DNA of 64,000 nt from a virus. The notes under the pieces were generated by a model. It saw only the letters and a program-made list of their open reading frames with translations. It was not told the DNA's origin and searched no databases. How positions within the stretch are numbered: the first letter of the stretch is position 1; each line of letters starts with the position of its first letter. Below are positions 18,677 to 28,964 of the stretch, one piece after another. Made by a program: the position numbers and the translations under genes. Where the stretch lies: the IMG/VR virus record IMGVR_UViG_3300025108_000015, positions 32,001 through 96,000 of that record, one strand, 5' to 3'.

Positions 18677-19173
18677 TGCCCGATTACACGACAATGCATA
18701 GAAATCGAATTGCTGACGCTACTCGTATACCTAAGTCAAAATTAGAGAAAGGTATGGTAGCTAAAATCAGATACAAGAAAGTATCTGGTGAGGCCCGAGA
18801 TTATTATGTATTCGTGTTACAGCCAAAGTTTAAAACATACTTTCATTGTTTAGACTTAAAACACATCGCACCACCACAAATGCTAAAAATGGCATCTTCA
18901 TTAAATGAAGTAATCAGTTCAACCTCGAAAGTAAAAAAGTTAGATTTGACTAAATTAAATCTTGATGTAAACTCTAAACAATTTTACCTTAATGAGATTA
19001 GAAATAAGAAGTTAAAAGGTGGTTATCGTACATTAGTTGAAAAGAATATATCAACTGTTATGGTATATAACTATGATTATGGTATCTTCGATAAGATAGA
19101 TACTAAAGCAAAACGTAGACAAGAAGATAGTCTTGAAAAGGATGACACTCCGGACTTCTTAAAAGGAATATAA
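18676..19173 (+). CDS. Hypothetical protein
   Basis: Coupled ORF within the operon; no motif recognised. Confidence 0.5.
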   Translation: MPDYTTMHRNRIADATRIPKSKLEKGMVAKIRYKKVSGEARDYYVFVLQPKFKTYFHCLDLKHIAPPQMLKMASSLNEVISSTSKVKKLDLTKLNLDVNSKQFYLNEIRNKKLKGGYRTLVEKNISTVMVYNYDYGIFDKIDTKAKRRQEDSLEKDDTPDFLKGI

Positions 19174-19176
19174 TAT

Positions 19177-19803
19177 ATGAAAATCAGTTACGCAGTCACA
19201 GTATGTAATGAGTTCTTAGAGATTCAAACCTTACTACAAAAGTTAATCACACTAAAACAACCACAAGATGAGATAGTTGTATTATGGGATTCTAAGAATG
19301 GTGACCCAATGGTAGAAACATATCTCCGTAAAATGAACGCGGAGAAGACTCAATTCCTATGGTATCCTTATGAGTTCGATGGACACTTTGCAGATTTAAA
19401 GAATGAACTTACCAAACATTGTAGTGGGGATTACATCTTTCAGATTGACGCAGATGAGTACCCACATGAAACTCTTATGGATAACATCCACTCAATCTTG
19501 GAAGTAAATGATGTTGATGTGATTCTCGTACCACGAGTAAATACAGTCGAAGGGTTAACTCAGAACCATATTCAAAAGTGGGGATGGAATGTCAACGAGG
19601 GGGGTTGGGTAAACTTTCCAGACCCTCAATGGAGAATATACAAAAACTCAGATACGATACGTTGGGAAAATAAGGTACACGAGAAACTCGTTGGATATGA
19701 TACTATCTCTAATCTACCATGGGCAGAGGAACTATCCTTATACCACCCAAAACAAATTGAACGACAAGAAAAGCAAAACGAATATTACGACACCCTCGTG
19801 TAA
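19177..19803 (+). CDS. GT2-family glycosyltransferase
   Basis: ISYAVTVCNE, FADLKN, YIFQIDADE (DxD), FPD.Q.R, VHE. Confidence 0.85.
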   Translation: MKISYAVTVCNEFLEIQTLLQKLITLKQPQDEIVVLWDSKNGDPMVETYLRKMNAEKTQFLWYPYEFDGHFADLKNELTKHCSGDYIFQIDADEYPHETLMDNIHSILEVNDVDVILVPRVNTVEGLTQNHIQKWGWNVNEGGWVNFPDPQWRIYKNSDTIRWENKVHEKLVGYDTISNLPWAEELSLYHPKQIERQEKQNEYYDTLV

Positions 19804-19853
19804 TTCCATTTTGGAAACGAACGTGTGTCAAAAGAAAATTTAACAATTTTATT

Positions 19854-20678
19854 ATGAAAAAAACTATTGGTATTATAGGTAATGGCTTCGTTGGAGAGTC
19901 ACAAGCATTCGCGTTTTCCCCAACTACGAATGTTCGTATATTCGACATAGACCCCTTAAAAGCTACTCATACTCTTGAAGAAACATTAGAACAAGAATTT
20001 GTGTTTGTATGCTTACCCACACCAATGACTATGGATGGGATTCAAGATATTTCGTATATTGAGAACTTTTTCGAATCAATCACACCTAATGATGATACGA
20101 TATTCATTATTAAGTCTACGGTCTTGCCAGGTACTACACAAGGTTTGATTGATAAGTATGGGTACAATATAATTTTCTCTCCGGAGTTTTTGACCGAACG
20201 TACTGCGAAGTTGGATATGTTGACTCAATCACGAATCATCTTTGGTGGTAGTGAAGACTTGACTAAACGGGTAGAAGAATTGTTTACGGATAGATTTATG
20301 AATCGACACATCATCCATACTAATTCAACTACGGCAGAATACATCAAGTATATGAATAATACATTTTTTGCAACAAAAGTTGCAGTGATGAACGAGTTCT
20401 ATCGATTGAGTCAATGTATTGATGTTGATTGGAAAACGGCACTATATGGATTTGCTGCAGATGGTAGAGTCGGAGATAGTCATTTACACGTACCTGGTCC
20501 TGATGGTAAGTTGGGGTATGGTGGTACTTGTTTCCCCAAAGATGTAAACGCTATTATTAATTTTGCTAAAGAGCATGGAGTTTCTATGAACGCCATTGAA
20601 GGTGGTTGGGAAACTAATGTAGAGGTTAGGCCTGAACGTGATTGGGAACAATTGGAAGGTAGAGCAGTTTCTAAATGA
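19854..20678 (+). CDS. ugd: UDP-glucose/UDP-GlcNAc 6-dehydrogenase, short form lacking the C-terminal domain
   Basis: GNGFVG, VCLPTP, IKSTV.PG, PEFL, K...N...A.K, GYGGTCFPKD. Confidence 0.88.
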   Translation: MKKTIGIIGNGFVGESQAFAFSPTTNVRIFDIDPLKATHTLEETLEQEFVFVCLPTPMTMDGIQDISYIENFFESITPNDDTIFIIKSTVLPGTTQGLIDKYGYNIIFSPEFLTERTAKLDMLTQSRIIFGGSEDLTKRVEELFTDRFMNRHIIHTNSTTAEYIKYMNNTFFATKVAVMNEFYRLSQCIDVDWKTALYGFAADGRVGDSHLHVPGPDGKLGYGGTCFPKDVNAIINFAKEHGVSMNAIEGGWETNVEVRPERDWEQLEGRAVSK

Positions 20679-21514
20679 TTTTCTGGAGAACATACGATAA
20701 TAAAGTAATTCCTATACAAGAGGTTGAAGCGTTAGGATTTCCTTTAAGTGACCCTTCCTATATTACTGATGAATACTTGGAAGGTAAAAACTTTGTAATC
20801 CTAAGAACTTGTTTTGGTGTTGGGGATTGGGGAATTATCTCCGCATTCCCACGAAAATTAAAGGAGAAGTATTCCGATTGTAAGGTTTGGATACCATCAC
20901 CAAAATTGTTGAGAGAGATGTTTGGTCACTTAGAACAAAATTGGTCAGCGTGGTCAGACCCGCTTCAAGTAGTTCATACTATTTTTGATAACAACCCCTA
21001 TATAGATGGGTTTGTAGATTCATTTGAAGGGGAGGTGTTCAATGACCACTACCGAATCTATGGTGATGAAGATGTACCACTTATGGAAGAGTTGTTGAGG
21101 TTCTGGCAGTTCGAGGAGTTCGATGATATTGAACCCGAACTATACTTTTCAAAAGAAGAAATTGAGTTAGGTGACCAAATCATAAAAGAACATTGTGATG
21201 GAGACTTCGGAACTCTTCTAATATCAAATAGATTTGATGGTGTTGGGGTTGAAAAAATCCAACAAAAAATTAATGAGTATGACCTACCTATGTTCTATTG
21301 GACTAAATCTACGGATGTAGGGTTAAATTTCAAAGAAGCATTAGATATGAGACACATCAATACTCGTATTCAGTTATACATCAAAACAAAGGCAAAGTTT
21401 AATGTGGGTAACCAAACTGGAGTGAATGATACCATCGCAAATTATTCACCAACCTATACAGTTGCCAGGCCTAATCTTGGGTCAAATTTAGTTAGAAGTG
21501 AGATTTACTTATGA
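20675..21514 (+). CDS. Putative glycosyltransferase, GT9 (heptosyltransferase)-like
   Basis: GVGDW.I.SA..RKLK.KY.D.K...; NPYID; GNQTG. Confidence 0.5.
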   Translation: MIFWRTYDNKVIPIQEVEALGFPLSDPSYITDEYLEGKNFVILRTCFGVGDWGIISAFPRKLKEKYSDCKVWIPSPKLLREMFGHLEQNWSAWSDPLQVVHTIFDNNPYIDGFVDSFEGEVFNDHYRIYGDEDVPLMEELLRFWQFEEFDDIEPELYFSKEEIELGDQIIKEHCDGDFGTLLISNRFDGVGVEKIQQKINEYDLPMFYWTKSTDVGLNFKEALDMRHINTRIQLYIKTKAKFNVGNQTGVNDTIANYSPTYTVARPNLGSNLVRSEIYL

Positions 21515-22185
21515 GAGTAGTAGTATATACAGCGATTATTGGTGGGTATGACACACTCAATGAACCACTCGTAAAACCAGATGGTGTGGACTTTGTTTGT
21601 TTTACCGATAGGGAGATGGAGTCTGACACTTGGGAGATTCGTAAGATTACGTCATTATATGAGGACTCTACAAGAACTGCACGAAAGTATAAGGTTTTAC
21701 CACATCGTTGGTTTACTGAATATGATGTCAGTATATGGGTTGATGGTAATAAACTTATAGAGGGTAATGTTTTAGATTATATCACACAGTTAGGGGGGAG
21801 TAACCTTTCGTTGTTTGACCATATGGAATGTTTTGACAAAAGAAATTGTGTATATCAAGAGGCAAATGCTATTTTTAGGTTAGGACAAGAGTCGGGTAAA
21901 ACTTACAAAGATAACCCATTAACTATAAAATCCCAAATGGAACGATATCTTTCTGAAGGATATCCACAAAATAATGGATTGGCATTTACTTGCGTTGTGG
22001 TTCGGAAACACAATGACTCAGATACTATCAATCTGATGGAAAATTGGTGGACTGAAATCAAATATGGTTCTAAGAGAGACCAATTAAGTTTTGATTACGT
22101 TGCTTGGAAAAATAACTATGATTTTAAGTATCTAAGTGGTGATGGTAGAAACGATGGTATAATAACACATAAATCACATTTATGA
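21511..22185 (+). CDS. DUF616 (TOD1/MUCI70-like) glycosyltransferase
   Basis: VVYTAIIGGYD.L, FVCFTD, AR.YK.LPH, SIWVDG, W..E....S.RDQLSF. Confidence 0.85.
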   Translation: MRVVVYTAIIGGYDTLNEPLVKPDGVDFVCFTDREMESDTWEIRKITSLYEDSTRTARKYKVLPHRWFTEYDVSIWVDGNKLIEGNVLDYITQLGGSNLSLFDHMECFDKRNCVYQEANAIFRLGQESGKTYKDNPLTIKSQMERYLSEGYPQNNGLAFTCVVVRKHNDSDTINLMENWWTEIKYGSKRDQLSFDYVAWKNNYDFKYLSGDGRNDGIITHKSHL

Positions 22186-23174
22186 AACGTATATTGTTTA
22201 TAACATCTCAGTATAGAACTGGGGAGCGGTTATATCCCATCTTACCCATACTTGCGTCTGAATATAAGGTAGACCTACTAAAGGTATATCAGATGACCAA
22301 TAAATACAAGTGGGTTGGTGATAAAGATATGCGATTAAAGTTTAATGGAGACTACTTACATTTATTTGATTCGGTATTTGAAAACACGTGTGATGTCACT
22401 AAGTATGACCTCATCATATCTGATGATAATAGACATACATCAAAAACAAAACTATCCAATTTATACAATCAGAAGAATTGTCCGATGGTATCCTTCGAGC
22501 ACGGAAATAATGATAAAGGGTATTTCAGATTGGGCTACAAAGTAGTCTTTGATAAATGTTTTGTGTTTGGTGACAAGGATGTGAAACACAAAGACCAGAT
22601 TGCAGGTGGTATTCCATCTAATGATAGGCTATCCGAGTATATAAACTTGGAAAAGAAACACATTTTGGTAATTGTGAATTTTTTAGGCAATAGAAGGTCA
22701 CCATTCAAAGTTAACTTTGATAATACGGTATTTAATAAAATTAACTTAGTAAATCTACAACAACGAACTGGTTTACCAGTTGTTATAAAACTAAAAAGTA
22801 GAGCAGATGAGGGTGGGTTTAAGAACAACCTAACATACCTTCAAAGTATATTACCAAGCGAATTAGACTACAAGATTATTATCGATGCTGAAGATGATAA
22901 CAAATTAATTGCTGAGAGTAAATACGTTATATCAGCACCATCAACTCTTGCATTCAAACCAATTCAGTTGGGTATACCAACCATTTTAATCAAAGACTCT
23001 GGTCAGATTGGTAGTTTCTATGATTATGATGGGTTGTATGACATTGATGAAATTAATATAGACTATTTACTAAAGGACACCAATAATCATCAATGGATAA
23101 CCAACTCAGTAATGGGTGGTATCAATTTCAACTCTTCAGAAATAGTGGTGTCTAAATTAAAAGAAATGTTATGA
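22182..23174 (+). CDS. Putative GT-B transferase (capsule/CDP-glycerol or sialyltransferase-like)
   Basis: FEHG, GGIPSND.L, IKLKSR, LI...YVIS.PST...K....GIPT. Confidence 0.45.
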   Translation: MKRILFITSQYRTGERLYPILPILASEYKVDLLKVYQMTNKYKWVGDKDMRLKFNGDYLHLFDSVFENTCDVTKYDLIISDDNRHTSKTKLSNLYNQKNCPMVSFEHGNNDKGYFRLGYKVVFDKCFVFGDKDVKHKDQIAGGIPSNDRLSEYINLEKKHILVIVNFLGNRRSPFKVNFDNTVFNKINLVNLQQRTGLPVVIKLKSRADEGGFKNNLTYLQSILPSELDYKIIIDAEDDNKLIAESKYVISAPSTLAFKPIQLGIPTILIKDSGQIGSFYDYDGLYDIDEINIDYLLKDTNNHQWITNSVMGGINFNSSEIVVSKLKEML

Positions 23175-24178
23175 AAGTAGTTCATATTTTAGCAGCACGC
23201 CCTAATTTTATAAAAGCGTCACCAATCATCCGCGAATTTAAAAATAATGGACATGAAAATGTAATCATACATACTAATCAACACTATGATTACAAAATGT
23301 CTGAAATATTTTTTGAACAATTAGATATTCCAACGCCGGATGTTCATTTAGGTATTGGGTCATCAACTCATGCAAAACAAACCGCAGACGCAATGATTTC
23401 CATAGAAAGGGAGTTGGTAGATTTGGATGTGGACTATGTTGTAGTGTATGGTGATGTTAATTCATCAATGGCAGGAGCACTTGCTGCATCTAAATTAAAT
23501 ATACCAATAGTCCATATTGAATCTGGATGTAGAAGTTATGATAATACGATGCCGGAAGAAGTAAATCGTAAAATTATAGATACGATTAGTGATATACTGA
23601 TATGTACTGAAAAATCCGCGTTTGAAAATCTGATTAAGAGTGGATTTGATGAAAAATCAATCTATGTGGCAGGTAACACTGCAATTGATAGTATGTATGA
23701 ATTGGCATTCGATGATATGAGTGGTATAGATTACGATTACTATTTGGCAACTTTTCATAGACCATTTAATGTAGATGACCCAATTATATTGGATTCAATA
23801 CTCTCTAAATTAGAGGATTTTTCATTGCCTGTGATTATACCGGCGCATCCAAGATTAAGAAAGAATCTTAGTAGAGACTATAAAAATATTATATTCAAAG
23901 AACCAGTTGGATATTCCGAATTTATTTCGTATATTAAACGAAGTAGTGGTGTAATATCCGATTCAGGAGGTGTTCAATGTGAGTGTGGTGTTTTGTCAAA
24001 GCCACTTCTTACCCTTAGACCATCTACTGAACATCTTATTACATTAGATTATGGTAATAAATTAATTGGGTTGGACGAATTGGATGAATCTTCGTTTCCA
24101 ATAGACTTCTCAACACAAACACCAACTGAGTGGGATGGTAATGCATCCAAGAGGGCGGTAGAATTTATTTTAAAATGA
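23171..24178 (+). CDS. wecB: UDP-GlcNAc 2-epimerase (non-hydrolysing, WecB/WbpI-like)
   Basis: ARPNFIK, HTNQHYD, VYGDVNS, HIESG.RS...MPEE.NR, ATFHRP.N, SDSGGVQ.E, WDG.AS.R. Confidence 0.9.
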   Translation: MKVVHILAARPNFIKASPIIREFKNNGHENVIIHTNQHYDYKMSEIFFEQLDIPTPDVHLGIGSSTHAKQTADAMISIERELVDLDVDYVVVYGDVNSSMAGALAASKLNIPIVHIESGCRSYDNTMPEEVNRKIIDTISDILICTEKSAFENLIKSGFDEKSIYVAGNTAIDSMYELAFDDMSGIDYDYYLATFHRPFNVDDPIILDSILSKLEDFSLPVIIPAHPRLRKNLSRDYKNIIFKEPVGYSEFISYIKRSSGVISDSGGVQCECGVLSKPLLTLRPSTEHLITLDYGNKLIGLDELDESSFPIDFSTQTPTEWDGNASKRAVEFILK

Positions 24179-25038
24179 AAAACTTTGCATTGATAGGTGC
24201 TGCTGGGTATATAGCACCACGACACGTTGAAGCCATAAAGCACACTGGTAATAATTTGTCTGCTATTCTTGACCCATATGATGGTGTTGGGTACATAGAC
24301 AAATACTTCCCAACTGCATCTTATTTTAAAGAAGCAGAACGATTTGACCGGCACTTATTTAGACACCGTGGTGAGTTTGACTATGTTTCAATATGCTCCC
24401 CAAACTACTTACACGATGCACATATGAGGTTATCTCTTAGAAATGGGTGTGATGTAATTTGTGAAAAACCATTGGTACTTAAACTTGAACACCTTGATGC
24501 ATTGAGGAGTTTGGAGAATGAAACAGGTAATACAATAAACACCATTCTTCAACTTAGATATCACGATTCGATTATAGCTTTAAGAGAAAAGTTTAAAAAC
24601 ACAAATAAAGTTCATAATGTGGTTTTAGACTATATCACACCAAGAGGTACTTGGTATAACTACTCTTGGAAAGGTGACCATGATAAATCAGGTGGAGTTG
24701 CATCAAACATTGGTGTACACTTCTTTGATATGTTGAGTTGGGTATTTGGTGAGGTAGAATCCTTTGAAGTAGAAAATGGTGAACTGTACTCACGTGGTAC
24801 TATAAAACTAAAAAACGCTGAGGTAAAATATAATCTAAGTATTGATTCAAATGATTTACCCTGGTCCGATTGGAAACCATATAGATGTATAACAGTCGAT
24901 GGTGATGAATTAGAATTTTCAGAGGGCTTTACTGAGTTACACAATAAGAGTTATGAACAAATCTTATTGGGGAATGGTTATGGGTTGAGTGATATTGAAC
25001 CCACTATAAAATTAATAGAAAGTGTAAGAAATGCATAA
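24175..25038 (+). CDS. wbpB: Gfo/Idh/MocA oxidoreductase, WbpB/WlbA-like UDP-GlcNAcA 3-dehydrogenase
   Basis: FALIGAAGYIAPRH..AIK, ICSPNYLHD.H, ICEKPLV, LQLR.H, SWKGD..KSGG...NIG.HFFD, FTELH..SY. Confidence 0.85.
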   Translation: MKNFALIGAAGYIAPRHVEAIKHTGNNLSAILDPYDGVGYIDKYFPTASYFKEAERFDRHLFRHRGEFDYVSICSPNYLHDAHMRLSLRNGCDVICEKPLVLKLEHLDALRSLENETGNTINTILQLRYHDSIIALREKFKNTNKVHNVVLDYITPRGTWYNYSWKGDHDKSGGVASNIGVHFFDMLSWVFGEVESFEVENGELYSRGTIKLKNAEVKYNLSIDSNDLPWSDWKPYRCITVDGDELEFSEGFTELHNKSYEQILLGNGYGLSDIEPTIKLIESVRNA

Positions 25039-25993
25039 GAATATTATCATATACACGTCATCCCATAACAACTATGATATGTTGAAGGGTGAAGTTCTTA
25101 AAATAGATTTTGAGGGGTTTGAGTTTATAAATGTTGATGATGCATCAACGGATTCTGAGATACAAAAGGGTAAGAAAATTTGTAAAGATAATGATGTAAC
25201 ATACTTACAAAATAAGGGTAGAGGTGTACAAATGGCAACTCAAACTCTAATTGACTTTATAAATGAAAATAGAGCTGATTGTAAATATATTATTTGTTTA
25301 CAACACGATGTGAAACCCATAACTAATGGGTTCTTTAAAAAACTATCAACTTACATTTCAGATGGTAAATTAGATGAATTTGGCGCTATTGGGTTTAATG
25401 TAATTGATAGGGGTAAGTATACTGGAAACTCGTATGAGTTGTTTAAAAAGGGTACATATGGTCTTGGTATGATTGGGTTAGCACATTTATCGGTAGCTAA
25501 CGAATCAAAAAGATGGATGAGCCCACATCATAACTCAGAATCTTTAAAAAGAAATAAAGAAAAGTGGTCTAACCCATTCATTATAGAATTTCCCGCTTGG
25601 ATGGTAGTGGGTATAAATGTTAATATTTGGAACAAAGTTGTAACTCCAACTGAAGATTATCAATTCCACCTATGGTTTCCAGATGTTGCAATGCAACTAA
25701 ATCGGTCTAATCACCCACTCTTGGTCATACCATCCTTATATTGTTTAAATCAACAAGAGGTGAAATCAAAGTATGGGATAAGTGAAAACTCCGCCCATGG
25801 TGCCAACCGAGGGGAAGTACATCACTTCGGAAAATCCTCTAACTTCAAAGCATGGAAACGAAGATGGGGTTGGGAATACACAAACGCAAAAAATACATTC
25901 AAATCAGTAGCCGAACAATATAAAGGAACATTATTGTATGAGTATTACAAACATAATAATAATAACGGACCATTAAAAAACTACGACTTATGA
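25031..25993 (+). CDS. GT2-family glycosyltransferase
   Basis: NVDDASTD, QHD, WFPD..MQ. Confidence 0.6.
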   Translation: MHKNIIIYTSSHNNYDMLKGEVLKIDFEGFEFINVDDASTDSEIQKGKKICKDNDVTYLQNKGRGVQMATQTLIDFINENRADCKYIICLQHDVKPITNGFFKKLSTYISDGKLDEFGAIGFNVIDRGKYTGNSYELFKKGTYGLGMIGLAHLSVANESKRWMSPHHNSESLKRNKEKWSNPFIIEFPAWMVVGINVNIWNKVVTPTEDYQFHLWFPDVAMQLNRSNHPLLVIPSLYCLNQQEVKSKYGISENSAHGANRGEVHHFGKSSNFKAWKRRWGWEYTNAKNTFKSVAEQYKGTLLYEYYKHNNNNGPLKNYDL

Positions 25994-26955
25994 GAATCAT
26001 AGTAACAGGAGCAGCGGGCCTAATTGGGAGTCACCTTACTGACCATTTAATTTTAGAGGGGCATGATGTAATTGCAGTAGATAACTTATCATTTGGTAAT
26101 CCTAAAAATTGTAATTTCACCCTATATAACATAGATTTAACAACTGAAAATTGTCTTGATAAATTTAAGGAGGTTGATATAGTTTGTCATCTGGCTGCAT
26201 ATAAAAAAGCGCCTAAAAATTCAATAGCATCATCTGATGTTATGAAAGTTAATTTCAAGATGATGGATAATATTCTCGAATATTGTAGTAAGACAAACGC
26301 TAAGTTGATGTTTACATCCACTTCAGACATCTATGGTAACTCAGATACTTTTACCGAAGATGAACCAATCACTATTGGACCACCTAATGTCGAGAGATAT
26401 TCATATGCATTGTCAAAATTACACGATGAGCAACTGGTACTTAATATGATATCTGAAAATAGACTTCATGCATCAATCGCTAGAATCTTTGGATGTGCTT
26501 CACCCCGTTCAAATAAAGGGTGGTCAGGTGGGCATATACCATTGTTTGTAGATAAAGCTATAAAAAATGAAGATATAGTTATACACGGAGATGGGTCTCA
26601 AACAAGAAGTATGTCCCACGCATTAGATATTGTAAATGGATTAGTATCTATGGTAGATAATATAGATGAACTGAATGGTGAGATTTATAACTTAGGTACT
26701 GATGAGGAAATGTCCGTAAAGAAGTCTGCTGAGTTAATAATAGAAAAAACCAATTCTAAATCTAATATTATATTCCAACCGAAAACTGAAGCATTTGGTA
26801 ATTATAGGGAGATTACTCGTAGATTCGCAAATACGAAGAAAGCCAGAGATAAATTTGGATATGAGGTAAACTATACGTCTACACAAGTTATAGATGAAAT
26901 AATAAAAAGTTTTACAAATGAAAATAGCAGTAATAACACCAGTAAAACACCTTGA
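25990..26955 (+). CDS. NAD-dependent epimerase/dehydratase (extended SDR)
   Basis: TGAAGLIG, HLAA, STSDIYG, YALSK, G.G.QTR. Confidence 0.9.
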   Translation: MRIIVTGAAGLIGSHLTDHLILEGHDVIAVDNLSFGNPKNCNFTLYNIDLTTENCLDKFKEVDIVCHLAAYKKAPKNSIASSDVMKVNFKMMDNILEYCSKTNAKLMFTSTSDIYGNSDTFTEDEPITIGPPNVERYSYALSKLHDEQLVLNMISENRLHASIARIFGCASPRSNKGWSGGHIPLFVDKAIKNEDIVIHGDGSQTRSMSHALDIVNGLVSMVDNIDELNGEIYNLGTDEEMSVKKSAELIIEKTNSKSNIIFQPKTEAFGNYREITRRFANTKKARDKFGYEVNYTSTQVIDEIIKSFTNENSSNNTSKTP

Positions 26956-27835
26956 TGGGGTATATGAACTACTTCAGACAAAGGGTGAGGTTTACTTGTT
27001 AGAGAATGGTACACGGCACCAAGTTAGTGAACTATTACTTAACAACCCAATTGATACTATCTTTTGTAACCCAAATCAACAAAGTTACAAAATAGATAAA
27101 GACTTGTTGTGGGGTACTGATGTTCGTATTATCAATACCGCATCCACTGGACTAAATCACATTGACTTAGACTATTGTAAATCGGTGGGTATTGAAATCC
27201 AATGTCACAAAAATGACTTTGAGTTAATTAATCAACTACCATCTACTTCCGAGTTAGCATTTGGGTTACTTCTCGACTTGATGAGAAATATCACAATTTC
27301 AAACAATGTGACCAAACGAGATAAAAGCTGGGACTACCTACCATTCGTAGGTCAGCAAATGAAAGACTATAAAGTTGGTATCGTTGGGTATGGTAGATTG
27401 GGTAAGATGATGGCCAAGTTTTGTAGAGCATTTGATGCTGAGGTTTACATCTACGACCCATATTCAGATGAATCTAACATTGAGACATTGGAAGAGTTGT
27501 TTGATATATGTGATGCAGTATCGCTCCACGTTCACGTTACGGATGAAACACGACATATGATTGATTATGATTTACTTTCACGTGGTGTTAAGTTCTTGGT
27601 AAATACATCTCGTGGTGAGATTGTAAATGAAACTGATATCATAAAGGCACTACACGAGTGTAAGTTGTGGGGGTATGGTACTGATGTTATAGAAAATGAG
27701 TTTGGTGACCCATCTAAATCACCATTCTTTAATTTGGAAAATTCAAAATTAAATTGTATATTTACACCACATACAGGAGGAATGACCATACAAGGTCAGA
27801 CCAAAGCATATAAATGGAGTATAGATAAATTATGA
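26918..27835 (+). CDS. D-isomer-specific 2-hydroxyacid dehydrogenase
   Basis: STG.NHID, GIVGYGRLG, VNTSRGEI, TDV...E, TPH.GG.T. Confidence 0.85.
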   Translation: MKIAVITPVKHLDGVYELLQTKGEVYLLENGTRHQVSELLLNNPIDTIFCNPNQQSYKIDKDLLWGTDVRIINTASTGLNHIDLDYCKSVGIEIQCHKNDFELINQLPSTSELAFGLLLDLMRNITISNNVTKRDKSWDYLPFVGQQMKDYKVGIVGYGRLGKMMAKFCRAFDAEVYIYDPYSDESNIETLEELFDICDAVSLHVHVTDETRHMIDYDLLSRGVKFLVNTSRGEIVNETDIIKALHECKLWGYGTDVIENEFGDPSKSPFFNLENSKLNCIFTPHTGGMTIQGQTKAYKWSIDKL

Positions 27836-28374
27836 GAGTACTAGCAATAATTCCAGCAAAGCTGGATTCTAAAAGACTAAAACACAAGAACATTAGAGAG
27901 ATTGATGGTAAACCCATGTTCCTACATTCAGTTGATTATGCAAACGCAAGTCAATACCATGTAGAGGTTATCGTATCATCTGAGAGTGATGTTGTTGGAG
28001 AGATTTGTAATCAACACGAAGTAAGATTCCACAAAAGGACTGCTGAGTTGTGTGGTGATGTTGAGGTTGTGGATGTATATGAATATGTAATCAGTCAGAT
28101 TAAACACGAAGAGTATGACCTTGTGGTTGGATTACAACCCGATAATCCAAATAGGTCACATACTTTGGATGAGTGTATTGACTATATGATTGAGAATAAT
28201 TATGATGACTTGATTACAGTAAATCCATCTTACAAGAGAAGTGGTTCAGTTCGTATATTTAAATACGACTATCTAAAAGCAGGTAAAGTCAGTAAAAGAC
28301 TTGGGTGTATCAAAGATGATGCAACCGATATACACTATGAATCTGACTTGGAAAGTGTAAAAAATAATTTATGA
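27832..28374 (+). CDS. Acylneuraminate cytidylyltransferase (NeuA-like)
   Basis: AIIPAK..SKRL..KNI, V.LQP..P.R, DI....DL. Confidence 0.85.
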   Translation: MRVLAIIPAKLDSKRLKHKNIREIDGKPMFLHSVDYANASQYHVEVIVSSESDVVGEICNQHEVRFHKRTAELCGDVEVVDVYEYVISQIKHEEYDLVVGLQPDNPNRSHTLDECIDYMIENNYDDLITVNPSYKRSGSVRIFKYDYLKAGKVSKRLGCIKDDATDIHYESDLESVKNNL

Positions 28375-28964
28375 AGACAGTCAATAACAGAGCAGCTTTA
28401 AAGAACAAAGCAGATGGGGAAATCAAAAAATTAAAAGAGTTCTGGATTTCATCTGAGATTCCTCTAATTTGCGACTTAGGGAGTAATATAGGATACTATA
28501 CTGAAAGCTTTATCAATCATTTCTCAGAAAGCACAATACATGCTTACGAACCCCACCCGTACAATATTGAAAAGTTTAAAACTTTCGTCAAATCAGATAA
28601 AGTTATTCTTCACGAATACGGATTATTTAATAAGGACACCGAATTGATAATAGGCTTACCAAATCATGCTAAAGATAACAATGGGTGTTATAGTATAAAG
28701 CATACACATAACGGAATAAAGGTCAAATTAAGAAAAGCAGATAAACAAGAGATTCGACCCGATATTGTAAAAATTGATGTAGAAGGAGCAGAACCTCAAA
28801 TATTAGAGTGTGCGGAGTTTTTTAAAAATACTAAACTGATACTTATCGAGATGTTATACAAAGATGATATGAATATAAACGAAGAAATCTCAGAAAGGTT
28901 ATTAGAATTAGGGTACACATATAAATTAAATACAAGTAAAAATAATCAGTTATGGTTAAAGTAA
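28371..28964 (+). CDS. FkbM-family SAM methyltransferase
   Basis: DLGSNIG, HAYEP, KIDVEGAE. Confidence 0.85.
   Translation: MKTVNNRAALKNKADGEIKKLKEFWISSEIPLICDLGSNIGYYTESFINHFSESTIHAYEPHPYNIEKFKTFVKSDKVILHEYGLFNKDTELIIGLPNHAKDNNGCYSIKHTHNGIKVKLRKADKQEIRPDIVKIDVEGAEPQILECAEFFKNTKLILIEMLYKDDMNINEEISERLLELGYTYKLNTSKNNQLWLK

Noticed and set aside
18676-19173. T4 gp2-like DNA end protector
   Set aside because: Only a vague beta-strand pattern; the characteristic motifs were not recognisable.
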